The notes under the pieces were generated by a model. That model ran no database searches. It was given only the letters and a program-made list of their open reading frames with translations, and was not told the origin of the DNA. Positions 9,821 to 18,614 of a stretch of DNA of 40,864 nt are shown piece after piece (the stretch's first letter is position 1; every line of letters starts with the position of its first letter). Both the position numbers and the translations under genes were made by a program. The DNA is taken from the NCBI GenBank assembly GCA_041752695.1, contig JBGSVZ010000078.1, positions 1 through 40,864 on the forward strand, read 5' to 3'. Origin of the DNA: Terrimicrobiaceae bacterium. GTDB taxonomy: Bacteria; Verrucomicrobiota; Verrucomicrobiia; Chthoniobacterales; Terrimicrobiaceae.

Positions 9821-10263
9821 GTCCATTTTCCCACCTCGATGCCGAAGGTTCCGCGCGCATGGTTGATGTCGGCGACAAACCCGACCAAAAGCGGATCGCG
9901 GTCGCGGTGGGGCGATTGGTCTGCGAAAAATCCACCATCGCTCTTTTAAAGACCCAGGCCCTGCCCAAAGGCGATGCGCTCACTGTCGCCCGGATTGCGG
10001 GCATCCAGGCGGCCAAGGCGACGGCTTCCTTGATCCCCCTTTGCCACACCCTCGCGCTTTCCTCGGTCACGGTGGATTTTGAGGTCCGCGAGGATGGAAT
10101 CGACATCCGCTGCGAAGCAGTCACCCGAGGAAAAACCGGCGTCGAGATGGAGGCCCTCACCGGGGTGAGTGTCGCGGCCCTCACCCTTTACGATATGATG
10201 AAGGCGGTGGACAAAACCATGCAGATCGAAGGGATCACGCTGGTGAGCAAGGAGAAGTTGTGA
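9817..10263 (+). CDS. moaC: Cyclic pyranopterin monophosphate synthase
   Basis: Starts MSPFSHLDAEGSARMVDV with an ATGA overlap on the moeA stop. Contains LIPLCH, TGVEMEALTG and LYDMMKAVDK. Confidence 0.96.
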   Translation: MSPFSHLDAEGSARMVDVGDKPDQKRIAVAVGRLVCEKSTIALLKTQALPKGDALTVARIAGIQAAKATASLIPLCHTLALSSVTVDFEVREDGIDIRCEAVTRGKTGVEMEALTGVSVAALTLYDMMKAVDKTMQIEGITLVSKEKL

Positions 10264-10730
10264 AGGTTGCTCGTGTCACAATCAGCGACCGTGCCTCGGC
10301 GGGGATTTACGAAGACCGCGGGGGTCCCGAGATCGAGCGCGTTTTTTTGGCCGAATGGAAAGACCCCGTCGAAATCGTGGCAAAGGTGATTCCTGACGAA
10401 CGTGAATCGATTGCCCGCACGCTCTGTGCGTTAGCCGATGACGAACGGTGTGCGCTGATTCTGACGACCGGCGGCACAGGGCCATCCGTGCGCGATGTGA
10501 CGCCCGAGGCTACCCGTGACGTGATCGAAAAAGAGATGCCGGGATTCGGGGAGGCACAGCGGATGACGTCGTTCGCCAAAGTCCCAACGGCGATCCTTTC
10601 GCGAGCGACAGCGGGCACGCGGGGGCGAAGCCTGATCATCAATCTGCCGGGAAACCCCAAGGCGATTGGCGAATGCCTACCCGCGCTCATCCCGGCGATC
10701 CGGGAGGCGCTGAGGCATTTGGCGGAGTAA
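10260..10730 (+). CDS. mog: Molybdopterin adenylyltransferase (Mog/MoaB family)
   Basis: ISDRASAGIYEDRGG, TTGGTG, RDVTPEAT, MPGFGE, AILSR and INLPGNPKAI motifs. Confidence 0.9.
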   Translation: MKVARVTISDRASAGIYEDRGGPEIERVFLAEWKDPVEIVAKVIPDERESIARTLCALADDERCALILTTGGTGPSVRDVTPEATRDVIEKEMPGFGEAQRMTSFAKVPTAILSRATAGTRGRSLIINLPGNPKAIGECLPALIPAIREALRHLAE

Positions 10731-10791
10731 TGTAGCCGCCCCGCTCCGTCGGGGCGACCGGTTCACGCCCCGACAGAGCGGGGCGGCTACA
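10731..10791. repeat. GTAG-family REP doublet (REPIN-like) between convergent genes
   Basis: Arms TGTAGCCGCCCCGCTCCGTCGGGGCG (10731-10756) and CGCCCCGACAGAGCGGGGCGGCTACA (10766-10791) are inverted at 25/26. Each arm is GTAG plus an internal CGCCCCG/CGGGGCG hairpin. Confidence 0.8.
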
Positions 10792-10797
10792 ACAAAG

Positions 10798-11133
10798 TCA
10801 GATCTTGTTGATGACGCTGCGCAGCGCGGAGGTGCTGCCACCGAGCAGATTGCCGAGGGACGAAGAGGCTTTATTCAAGAGGGTGTGGGCCTTCTTCTTC
10901 GCTTCGTGGCGGGATTTTTCCGTAGTGTCCGCGCTGGTGCGGATCCCTTTGCGGAGCAGGGCGGCAGCTTCGTCCACAAGCTTGAGCGCGGCATTGGCGG
11001 CCGCGTGCTCGCGGGGACCGGCGGCTTGGGATTTGGTGGAGGCCGCTTTTTTCGGCGCTGGTTTTTTCGCGGCGGCTTTCTGGGGAGCGGCGGTCTTTGC
11101 TTTCGGGGCGGTGGTTTTCTTTTTGGTGGCCAT
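10798..11133 (-). CDS. Small basic Lys/Ala-rich (histone H1-like tail) protein
   Basis: 111 aa. N-terminal MATKKKTTAPKAKTAAPQKAAAKKPAPKKAA followed by a helical-looking C-terminus. It fills the gap between mog and lrp. Confidence 0.75.
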   Translation of the reverse strand: MATKKKTTAPKAKTAAPQKAAAKKPAPKKAASTKSQAAGPREHAAANAALKLVDEAAALLRKGIRTSADTTEKSRHEAKKKAHTLLNKASSSLGNLLGGSTSALRSVINKI

Positions 11134-11201
11134 CTTCGGAACCTACTCCTGAGAGAGGCGCTTGCCAAGCGATTGCGCGAAGGCAATGATGCTCAATTCT
11201 C

Positions 11202-11681
11202 ATGGAAGCCCTGATTGACCTTCTTCAGCAAAACGCCCTCACGCCGCGTGAGGATATCGCCCGCATGCTTGACCTGACCGTTGCCCAGGTGGAGGCCGAA
11301 ATCACCCGGCTCGAACAGGAGGGAATCATTCTCGGCTATCAGACCATTATCAATCGCGAGAAGTGGGACACCGACGCCGTGACGGCGGTCATTGAGGTCA
11401 AAATCACGCCGGAACGCGACGGTGGGTTTGACCGCATTGCAGCGCGGATTGCGAAGTTCGAGGAAGTGCAGACCTGTTACCTGATGAGCGGAGGTTACGA
11501 TCTGCTCATTATCGTGGAGGCCAAATCGCTGCGCGGGGTCGCCGGATTTGTGGCGGAAAAACTCAGCACGATCGAGGCGGTGCAGGCCACTGCGACCCAT
11601 TTCCGGCTCAAGACCTACAAGGAAAATGGCGCGTTCCATCATTTCGAACACGCGCCCGAACGTCTTTCTGTCTCGCCATGA
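11202..11681 (+). CDS. Lrp/AsnC family transcriptional regulator
   Basis: N-terminal HTH (IARMLDL...LEQEGIILGY) and RAM domain (CYLMSGGYDLL, TATHFRLKTYK). Resembles B. subtilis AlaR/YugG. Confidence 0.93.
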   Translation: MEALIDLLQQNALTPREDIARMLDLTVAQVEAEITRLEQEGIILGYQTIINREKWDTDAVTAVIEVKITPERDGGFDRIAARIAKFEEVQTCYLMSGGYDLLIIVEAKSLRGVAGFVAEKLSTIEAVQATATHFRLKTYKENGAFHHFEHAPERLSVSP

Positions 11682-12862
11682 GCATCGCCATTGCGGAGAC
11701 GGTGAAGGATATCCCGAGATCGGGAATCCGCGATTTTTTTGAAGTGGTGCAAACCATGGGCGACGTAATTTCGCTCGGCATCGGCGAACCCGACTTTGCC
11801 ACTCCCTGGCATATTCGCGAAGCGGCCATTTATTCGTTGGAAAAAGGGCGCACGGGATACAGCTCCAACCTTGGACTGCCGCGCCTGCGGCGGGCGGTGG
11901 CGGACTACGTGCAGGCTCATTTCGGTGTGCGCTACGAAGCCCTAAGCGAAGTGCTCGTCTCCGTCGGGGTATCCGAGGCGATTGATATTGCGCTGCGTGC
12001 CCTCTTAAATCCCGGCGACGAGGTGTTGTATCACGAGCCATGTTACGTTTCGTATGCGCCGAGCATCGTGCTCGCGGGTGGCGTGGCGAGGGTGATTCCG
12101 ACGCGGTCCGAAGACCAATTTGTTCTCCAGGCGACCGATCTGGAAAAAGCCATCACACCTCGTACGAAAGTGTTGATGCTCAACTACCCCACCAATCCAA
12201 CCGGCGCGGTCATGCCTCCGGAGGAACTGGCCCGCATCGCGGCGGTCTGCGTGAAGCATAATTTGGTGGTGCTGACCGATGAAATTTACAGCGAACTCAC
12301 TTATGATGGGGGAACGCACCACTGCATCGCGAATTTGCCAGGAATGCAGGAGCGCACCGTGTTGCTGCATGGCGTTTCTAAGGCTTTTGCCATGACCGGC
12401 TGGCGCATTGGTTTTGTCTGTGCGCCGGTCGAATTGATTGAGGCGATGATGAAGATTCATCAATATGCGATTCTTTGCGCGCCCATTATGAGCCAGGAAG
12501 CCGCCATTGAGGCGTTGGTGCGCGGGGAGGAAAGTATGCTGAAAATGCGCCGCGAATATGAGCTGCGGCGCAATTACATCGTGCGCGGACTTAATGATCT
12601 GGGCCTGGAATGTTTTAAACCCCACGGCGCGTTTTACGTTTTCCCCAAGATCACATCGACCGGTCTGTCCAGCCGGGAGTTTTCCCTGAGATTGTTGCGG
12701 GAGAAAAAAGTCGCCGTGGTGCCGGGGAGTGCCTTTGGCGCAAGCGGGGAGGGTCATGTGCGCTGCAGCTATGCCACGGCGCTTGATCAGATCAAAATCG
12801 CCGTGGAACGGATTGGCGAATTCTGTGGAGAGCTGGCCGCTGAGAAGGCCGAAGCGGCTTAG
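11678..12862 (+). CDS. PLP-dependent aminotransferase class I/II (AlaT/YugH-like)
   Basis: SGIRDFF, ISLGIGEPDF, NYPTNPTG, DEIY, SKAFAMTGWRIG (PLP lysine) and PGSAFG motifs. ATGA overlap with the lrp gene. Confidence 0.95.
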   Translation: MSIAIAETVKDIPRSGIRDFFEVVQTMGDVISLGIGEPDFATPWHIREAAIYSLEKGRTGYSSNLGLPRLRRAVADYVQAHFGVRYEALSEVLVSVGVSEAIDIALRALLNPGDEVLYHEPCYVSYAPSIVLAGGVARVIPTRSEDQFVLQATDLEKAITPRTKVLMLNYPTNPTGAVMPPEELARIAAVCVKHNLVVLTDEIYSELTYDGGTHHCIANLPGMQERTVLLHGVSKAFAMTGWRIGFVCAPVELIEAMMKIHQYAILCAPIMSQEAAIEALVRGEESMLKMRREYELRRNYIVRGLNDLGLECFKPHGAFYVFPKITSTGLSSREFSLRLLREKKVAVVPGSAFGASGEGHVRCSYATALDQIKIAVERIGEFCGELAAEKAEAA

Positions 12863-13176
12863 GGTGGGTCCAGAACGCAAATCCTGGAGAGAGCAGGGCC
12901 GCCGACGCCCAGGATGTATGAATCTGCACAGTGGAGATCGCCTTTGCGCAGCAAAGCTCGGTGGGCGACGCTTGGTCGGCAACCCGCATCCCTCGATTTT
13001 TGCGGAATCGCACCTCGTGTTTGGGAGGGGGTGAGATTGCCTTTGTAAGCCTTTGCCGCCGATGACGTTGTGCAAGCGGGGATGGTGTTTCATCGGGTGC
13101 ATCTTCGCGGGCGGACAGGGCTGCTGGGACTTTGTGAGTTGACAAAGGACAGCCTTTCCGGTGGATTCCCGCCCGG

Positions 13177-13740
13177 ATGAAGGCATTACTCACTTTAGGC
13201 ATCTTAGCGATGTTTGCCTCAAGCCTGATGGCCCAGGATGCGGCTTTTAAAAAGTCCGATTTTGCCAGCGTGACGGTGGGAGTCACCCGACAAAAAGTCA
13301 CCCGCATCGGCGGGGGAGATTACGATGACAAGACGGAGAAACTTTCCTTCAAGGTCAAATTCCGTAACGGCAGCACCCGCGTTGCGTTTGATAATCTGAA
13401 AGTGGAGTTTTTTCTGTTTGGCATCTGCCAGGAGGACCGGAAGTCTCTGAAGTTGATGCAGCGCGACGCGCAGACCGTCTCACTGGCACCGTTGAAGGAA
13501 TTTGAGTATGAGACGCCGGAGGTCATTTCCATATGGGACAATACCGACGCGGTGTTCGGCGACAAATACAAGGGCTGGTGCCTGCTGGTCTATTCGCCCA
13601 GCGGGGAGTTGCTGGCGGAGAAAACAATTTCTGCGTTTGTCAAAAACACCAGTCGTCTGCCCGGTCTCACTCAGGGACAATACTACGACAGTGATCTGAA
13701 TCCGACCGTGGTCAAACCGTATTCTTCGCGGCTGCGCTAA
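13177..13740 (+). CDS. Hypothetical secreted protein
   Basis: 187-aa ORF with signal peptide MKALLTLGILAMFASSLMA|QD and a beta-rich mature part. TTGACA lies at 13139-13144 upstream. Confidence 0.8.
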   Translation: MKALLTLGILAMFASSLMAQDAAFKKSDFASVTVGVTRQKVTRIGGGDYDDKTEKLSFKVKFRNGSTRVAFDNLKVEFFLFGICQEDRKSLKLMQRDAQTVSLAPLKEFEYETPEVISIWDNTDAVFGDKYKGWCLLVYSPSGELLAEKTISAFVKNTSRLPGLTQGQYYDSDLNPTVVKPYSSRLR

Positions 13741-14459
13741 CGCGGCGGTTCCGATTTTTTTTCCCTGCGGTGCGCGCTGGGGCAGATGTCCTGGAGTTCA
13801 CATGGGACGCAGTCCGGTTTGCGGGCTCCACAGCGGCGGCGGCCGTGCCAGATGAGCCAGTGGCTGAGGTCGGTCCAGACCTCTCGGGGAAAAAGGGAAA
13901 TAAGGTCCTGCTCGATCTTTTCCGCAGTAACCTTGGTGGTCAGTCCAAGGCGATGGGAGAGCCGGGTGACGTGAGTGTCCACGACCACGCCATCATTGAG
14001 CCCGAAGGCATTGCCGAGAACCACGTTGGCGGTTTTTCGGCCCACGCCGGGAAGAGCGGCGAGGGCCTCCAGGGTGCGCGGAACTTCGCCGCCGTGTTCG
14101 GACAGCAAGGCGGCCGCCATCGCGCGGATGTTTTTGGCCTTGTTGCGGAAGAACCCGGTGGTGCGGACGAGTCCCTCCAATTCCTCCTGCGAGATGGATG
14201 CGAAGTCCGTGGTGGATTTGCAGCGCTGAAACAGGGCCTTCGTGACGATGTTGACGCGTTTATCCGTGCATTGGGCGGATAGGACTGTGGCGACAAGAAG
14301 CTCAAGCGGATTGGAATATTCCAGCTCGCAGTGGGCGTCCGGGTAGATCTCCGGAAGACGGCGAACCAGCGCCGCCGCCTGGCGGCGGAGTGAAGAGGAA
14401 GGTGAGGGGGGTGCTGCCGTAGCCAGTAGGGCCCCTTTCACTCTCACTTTTCGTTTCAC
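13737..14459 (-). CDS. nth: Endonuclease III (DNA glycosylase/AP lyase)
   Basis: LLVATVLSAQCTDKRVN, HhH LPGVGRKTANVVL, VDTHV and [4Fe-4S] motif CGARKPDCVPCELQDIC. The start is uncertain (GTG codons inside a repeat). Confidence 0.95.
   Translation of the reverse strand: MKRKVRVKGALLATAAPPSPSSSLRRQAAALVRRLPEIYPDAHCELEYSNPLELLVATVLSAQCTDKRVNIVTKALFQRCKSTTDFASISQEELEGLVRTTGFFRNKAKNIRAMAAALLSEHGGEVPRTLEALAALPGVGRKTANVVLGNAFGLNDGVVVDTHVTRLSHRLGLTTKVTAEKIEQDLISLFPREVWTDLSHWLIWHGRRRCGARKPDCVPCELQDICPSAHRREKKSEPPR
14388..14459. repeat. Purine/pyrimidine hexamer-type imperfect inverted repeat overlapping nth 5' end
   Basis: GAGTGAAGAGGAAGGTGAGGGGGG ... CCCCTTTCACTCTCACTTTTCGTTTCAC. It shares the 14-mer GAGAGTGAAAGGGG (reverse strand) with 24754-24767. 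Confidence 0.55.
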
Positions 14460-14462
14460 GCC

Positions 14463-17400
14463 CTAAGGCGCGCCGAGCGCCGTGAGGCGTTCCTGCGCCT
14501 TGGGGGCAAATTCGCTGTTGGCGTAATCTTTGGTAAGCTGCTGGTAGGCGGCCTTGGCTTTGTTGAGCTGCTGCGGTTTGTTCAGCTTGGGGTCGGTGGT
14601 GGTGCTGACCTGTTCTTCGATCAGTTGCGCGCCCCGCCAGAGACCTTCTGCCGCGACGGCGGGAACACCTCCGTAAAATTGCGCAATCTTGATGTAATAA
14701 TCGACCGCCGCGCCGCGGAAATCTTCCTTCTCCTTGGGATCCGTGGCGGCATTCATTTTTCCTTCCATCAGCTCGCCGCCCAGCAACATGCTGTTGGCGC
14801 GGAGTTCCGCGCTGGCATTGGTGGCGCGAATGATGGCACCGAGGAGGGCGAGGCCCTCGTCAAATTTTTTCTCCGCTTTGAGGGATTGGGCGATGCCGTA
14901 GTCCGCTTCCAAGACCTTGGGTGACCACGGATAAAGTGCCTTGAGTTGCCCAAACAGTTTTCCGGCGTCGGCCGTCTGGCCCTTGGCCTGGGCGATACGG
15001 GCTTTTCCGAAGAGCGTATTGGCCTGGGCTTCCTGAACCATGAGGGAAGCACCGGTGGGGGCCACTCCGGCCGGCACGGGGTAGTCCTTCGCGAGCTTGT
15101 CAAAAACCGCGTCGGCTTCGTCGAGTTTTTTCTGATCGATCAGCGCCAGGCCGTAGTAGTCGAGATCCTGCGGCGAGTAGATGATATCGGGCTTGTAGGC
15201 CTCGGTCATGATGGCAAGCGCACGGGGCTTGTCCTGTTCCGAAACATAGGTGGCCAGGGCAAAGAGAATCTTGCTCTTGGCGCGGGGGCTGGGGGCGGAC
15301 TCTGCGAGGGCTTTAAAGTAGGCTTCGACTTCGGGGGCCTTTTTAATTTCCGCGCCGAGCAGCATGCGTTGCGAGGCAAGGAGGGTTTGCAGAGCGAGGG
15401 CGATGGCCGGGCTGTCCGGGTATTTTTTGATCATCTCCTCGACGGAGGCGATGCTGCCATCCAACGAGGTGCGCCACTGCGAGCGTTCCTGGTCGTTGAG
15501 CGCGCTGTAGCGGCCGAGGCTGTCGGCCGTGGTGCGTTGGAGTTCGGCGATTTTGTTCATCGCGTCGCCAGCTTGCGGGCTGTCGGGATATTTTTCCACG
15601 AACTCCCGGTAAGCCGCGAGGGCCTCCGCCGTTTTGCCGACGCCGATGGAGGTCTGCGCCATGAACTCGTAGGCGGGGAAGACCTTTTCGTCCTTGGGGT
15701 ATTTTTCCACGAACGCCTTCATGAGAGTCATGAGTTCGTCGGTCTTGCCCTCCTGGCCGCGCATTTGCGCAATCATGAAATAGGTGTAGGGGGCGGGCTG
15801 ACTGTCGGGATAATCCTTGGCCACGGAGGAAAGGCTCGCGATACCCTCTTCTTTTTGCCCCACGGTGATTTGCGCGCTGCCCTTGGCGTAGAGCGCGAGG
15901 GCGGCCATTGGGGTTTTTGGGTTGGCTTTGACGTAGGCGTCGAGGAGCGGGATGGCTCCGGCGTTGTCCCCCTTCTGCTGGGTGGCGATGGCAATCCAGT
16001 AGTCGGAGTCGCTGGCTTGTGGCGAACCGGGGAATTTGGTTTTGACGTCTTTGTAGGCCGCGATGGCGTCGTCCCACTTCTGGGTGTCCTTGTAAATGTC
16101 CGCCAGCCCTTTCTGGGCGATCACGGCGATATCGGGGGAGGGGTTGCCGGCGAGGAAGTCCTTAAAGGTTTTTTCCGCGTCGGGGAAATTTTTCAACAGG
16201 GTCTGGGCGCTGGCCTTTTGCACGACCGTGAGCCCGGTGAGGCGGCCGCCCGGATAGGCGGCGAGGGATTCGTCGAAGAAGCGGATGGCTTCGGTCGGGT
16301 TCCCGACGGCCAGGTACATGCTGCCCATGGTGACGGGCAGGTTGTCCGCAATGACATCGCCTTTATACTTGGACTGAAACTCGGTGTAGGCGGCCGGGGC
16401 GCGATCGACGGCGTTTTGCAACGCATAGGTCATCGCCGTGAAATACAGCAGGCTCTTTTTATCGACGTCTTCGGTGAGGAAGGGCTGGCTGTGTTTCAGC
16501 ACGACGCGCGCCTCGTTGAGTTTGCCCTGCTGGAAAAAAATCTCCGCCATCTTGAGCAAGGCAGAGGCCGTCTGGTCGGGCTTGCCCTGAAGCTCCGCCA
16601 TTTTTTTCAGTTCGCGTTCGTTGTCGCCCGCGAGTTGTTTGATCAGGGCGGGATTGTTGGCGCGCAGGGCCTGTTGCCGGCGCATGGGGAAGTCTTTCAG
16701 CTTTTGCTGCTGCCACTGGATGATCTGGTCTTTCGGAGCAACCGCGCGAAAGGCTTCGAGCGCTTCCTGGTAGAGGGCACCCTGCTCGTCTTTCGGACGG
16801 AATCCGGCCTCAATCATCAGGATCTGACCAAGTTGGAAATTCGCCTCGTTGATGATCGCGATGTCCTCCTTTTTGTTGATGATTTCGCGCAGGTAGCCGG
16901 AGGCGCGTTTGTAGAGGGCAAAGGCCTTCGCCTTGTCCGCGTTTTCCCCGCGGGAAAGCTCGGTTCCCGCCTGGAGAGCGAGGATGCCCGCGAGCAAATT
17001 TTTCGTGGAGGCAATGGTTCCGCTGTTCGGGAACTTTTGCAGGTTCAGCTCCAGGTCCTTGATGGCCTCGTCGTATTTCTGGATCTGGTAAAAACAAACG
17101 GCCCGGCTGAACAGGGCGTTCTCCAGGTCGGCGGCCTGCGGGTATTTTGTGATGAAGTCCGTGAAACCCTTGATCGCTTCCTCGAAGGTCGGTTTCCGTT
17201 TCGCATCCTTTTCCGGCAGGTTGGAAGCCTTGGCGGCAAGAATCTGGGGCCGGAGTCCGTCCACGATCTGCTTCACGTCCGGAGGCAAAACCGGAATCGC
17301 CGTCGCCTTGTCGAGCATCGCTAGGGCCTGGTCGTATTGACCGAGGAAATAGTAGGAAAATGCCAATTGCACCTGGGCGGACGGGACGACGGCATCCGTG

Positions 17401-17579
17401 GGGTAATCCTTGAGCAGCTTCTCATAAGCCGCGGCGGCTCCCTTGAAGTCGCCCGACGAGTAAATGTTGCCCGCGTTGTTGTGGGCATCGGCCGCACCGG
17501 GCGACTGGGCAGACAGGGGTAATGCGGTAAGAAGGGCGAGAGTGATGCCGAGGACGAATTTCAAGGACGAAAGCTTCAT
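14463..17579 (-). CDS. Large exported tetratricopeptide-repeat protein (CpoB/BamD-like repeats)
   Basis: Signal peptide MKLSSLKFVLGITLALLTALPLSA|Q followed by many helical repeats ending in xKYPxSxxA or KDYP motifs; 1038 aa. Confidence 0.9.
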   Translation of the reverse strand: MKLSSLKFVLGITLALLTALPLSAQSPGAADAHNNAGNIYSSGDFKGAAAAYEKLLKDYPTDAVVPSAQVQLAFSYYFLGQYDQALAMLDKATAIPVLPPDVKQIVDGLRPQILAAKASNLPEKDAKRKPTFEEAIKGFTDFITKYPQAADLENALFSRAVCFYQIQKYDEAIKDLELNLQKFPNSGTIASTKNLLAGILALQAGTELSRGENADKAKAFALYKRASGYLREIINKKEDIAIINEANFQLGQILMIEAGFRPKDEQGALYQEALEAFRAVAPKDQIIQWQQQKLKDFPMRRQQALRANNPALIKQLAGDNERELKKMAELQGKPDQTASALLKMAEIFFQQGKLNEARVVLKHSQPFLTEDVDKKSLLYFTAMTYALQNAVDRAPAAYTEFQSKYKGDVIADNLPVTMGSMYLAVGNPTEAIRFFDESLAAYPGGRLTGLTVVQKASAQTLLKNFPDAEKTFKDFLAGNPSPDIAVIAQKGLADIYKDTQKWDDAIAAYKDVKTKFPGSPQASDSDYWIAIATQQKGDNAGAIPLLDAYVKANPKTPMAALALYAKGSAQITVGQKEEGIASLSSVAKDYPDSQPAPYTYFMIAQMRGQEGKTDELMTLMKAFVEKYPKDEKVFPAYEFMAQTSIGVGKTAEALAAYREFVEKYPDSPQAGDAMNKIAELQRTTADSLGRYSALNDQERSQWRTSLDGSIASVEEMIKKYPDSPAIALALQTLLASQRMLLGAEIKKAPEVEAYFKALAESAPSPRAKSKILFALATYVSEQDKPRALAIMTEAYKPDIIYSPQDLDYYGLALIDQKKLDEADAVFDKLAKDYPVPAGVAPTGASLMVQEAQANTLFGKARIAQAKGQTADAGKLFGQLKALYPWSPKVLEADYGIAQSLKAEKKFDEGLALLGAIIRATNASAELRANSMLLGGELMEGKMNAATDPKEKEDFRGAAVDYYIKIAQFYGGVPAVAAEGLWRGAQLIEEQVSTTTDPKLNKPQQLNKAKAAYQQLTKDYANSEFAPKAQERLTALGAP

Positions 17580-17641
17580 GGGGTGCGTCTGGAATGTTAT
17601 GCTCTAAAGTCTGGTGATTTCCACCGAAAACTCCCGCGTTC

Positions 17642-18547
17642 TTACGGCGAGGCGGGGAGTTCGATGTCCACCAGGACCGGACGGTGATCGCTCGGCGAGG
17701 GATCGAACGTGGCGACGCTGGCGGAAATGACCCTGGCTCCCTTGACGAAGATGTGGTCAAAACAGGCGTCGGGCCAAGGCGGGAATTTCGGATTGTTCGA
17801 TGGCGTGGAGGGCAGGGTGATGCGGTCCTTAAACGGGACATCCTGCCAGGCCCAGACAAATCCATTTTTCGTCAGAAGGGAGAGGGTCTGCTCCATGCGG
17901 AACTTCGGGTCGTCGGTCGAGGTGTTAAAATCGCCGCCGATCACCACGGCCACGGTCCCAAGGGAAGCATAGGCCGTTTCCATGGCGGCGACGTGGGCGA
18001 GAAGCTGGCGCGATGATTCCTCACGCATCGGGAGATTTTCGCTGAGTTCGCCGCGGTTGCTTTTCAAGTGCACGCAATAGACGAGCAGGACGTGACCGGG
18101 GGACGGCTGGTAGGCGGTGAAGGCAAAACCGCGTTTCGGGGTGACGCTTTTGCCCGCCTTCCAAACCTCCCACCAGGAGCCGATGGCGGGCAGGCGGCTG
18201 GCGATGACCAACTGCTGGGCGGTCATGCCGCCATTGTCGTCGAGAAACTGGCTGGCAACCTGTACATCCGTGCCGGGCGTTTTGGCCAGGGCAATGGCCG
18301 CGGCATCCCAATTGAGGATCTCTCCCAGGCCGAGGATATCCGCATCCAGTTTTGCCAGTGCGGGCATGGCCAGCGCGATCTGCGCGACCGCCTCGACATT
18401 CGTGGGATTGGGATGGCCGCCGGGGAACCACTCGACATTCCAGAAAGCGAGCCGGATGGGTTTCGCGGTGACTGGCGTTTCCTGGGCGTGCAGGAGGCTG
18501 GTGAAAAGGAGCGCGGCGAGGAGGAGGAGGCGCAAGGTCGTGGTCAT
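17642..18547 (-). CDS. Exported endonuclease/exonuclease/phosphatase (EEP) family protein
   Basis: Signal peptide MTTTLRLLLLAALLFTSLLHA, then FWNVEWF, DILGLGEI, VHLKS, GGDFN, FDHIFV and SDHRPV. Confidence 0.9.
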   Translation of the reverse strand: MTTTLRLLLLAALLFTSLLHAQETPVTAKPIRLAFWNVEWFPGGHPNPTNVEAVAQIALAMPALAKLDADILGLGEILNWDAAAIALAKTPGTDVQVASQFLDDNGGMTAQQLVIASRLPAIGSWWEVWKAGKSVTPKRGFAFTAYQPSPGHVLLVYCVHLKSNRGELSENLPMREESSRQLLAHVAAMETAYASLGTVAVVIGGDFNTSTDDPKFRMEQTLSLLTKNGFVWAWQDVPFKDRITLPSTPSNNPKFPPWPDACFDHIFVKGARVISASVATFDPSPSDHRPVLVDIELPASP

Positions 18548-18614
18548 GGTGGTTCGTGTCGCCCTACCGGGGGTTCGGGCGCGCGCGTGGTTGTGTGGTT
18601 TGCGGCGGGTCAGG

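Noticed and set aside
14946..17324. 792-aa plus-strand ORF
   Set aside because: It is the antisense shadow of the TPR gene, expected from high-GC codon bias, and has no recognisable motifs.
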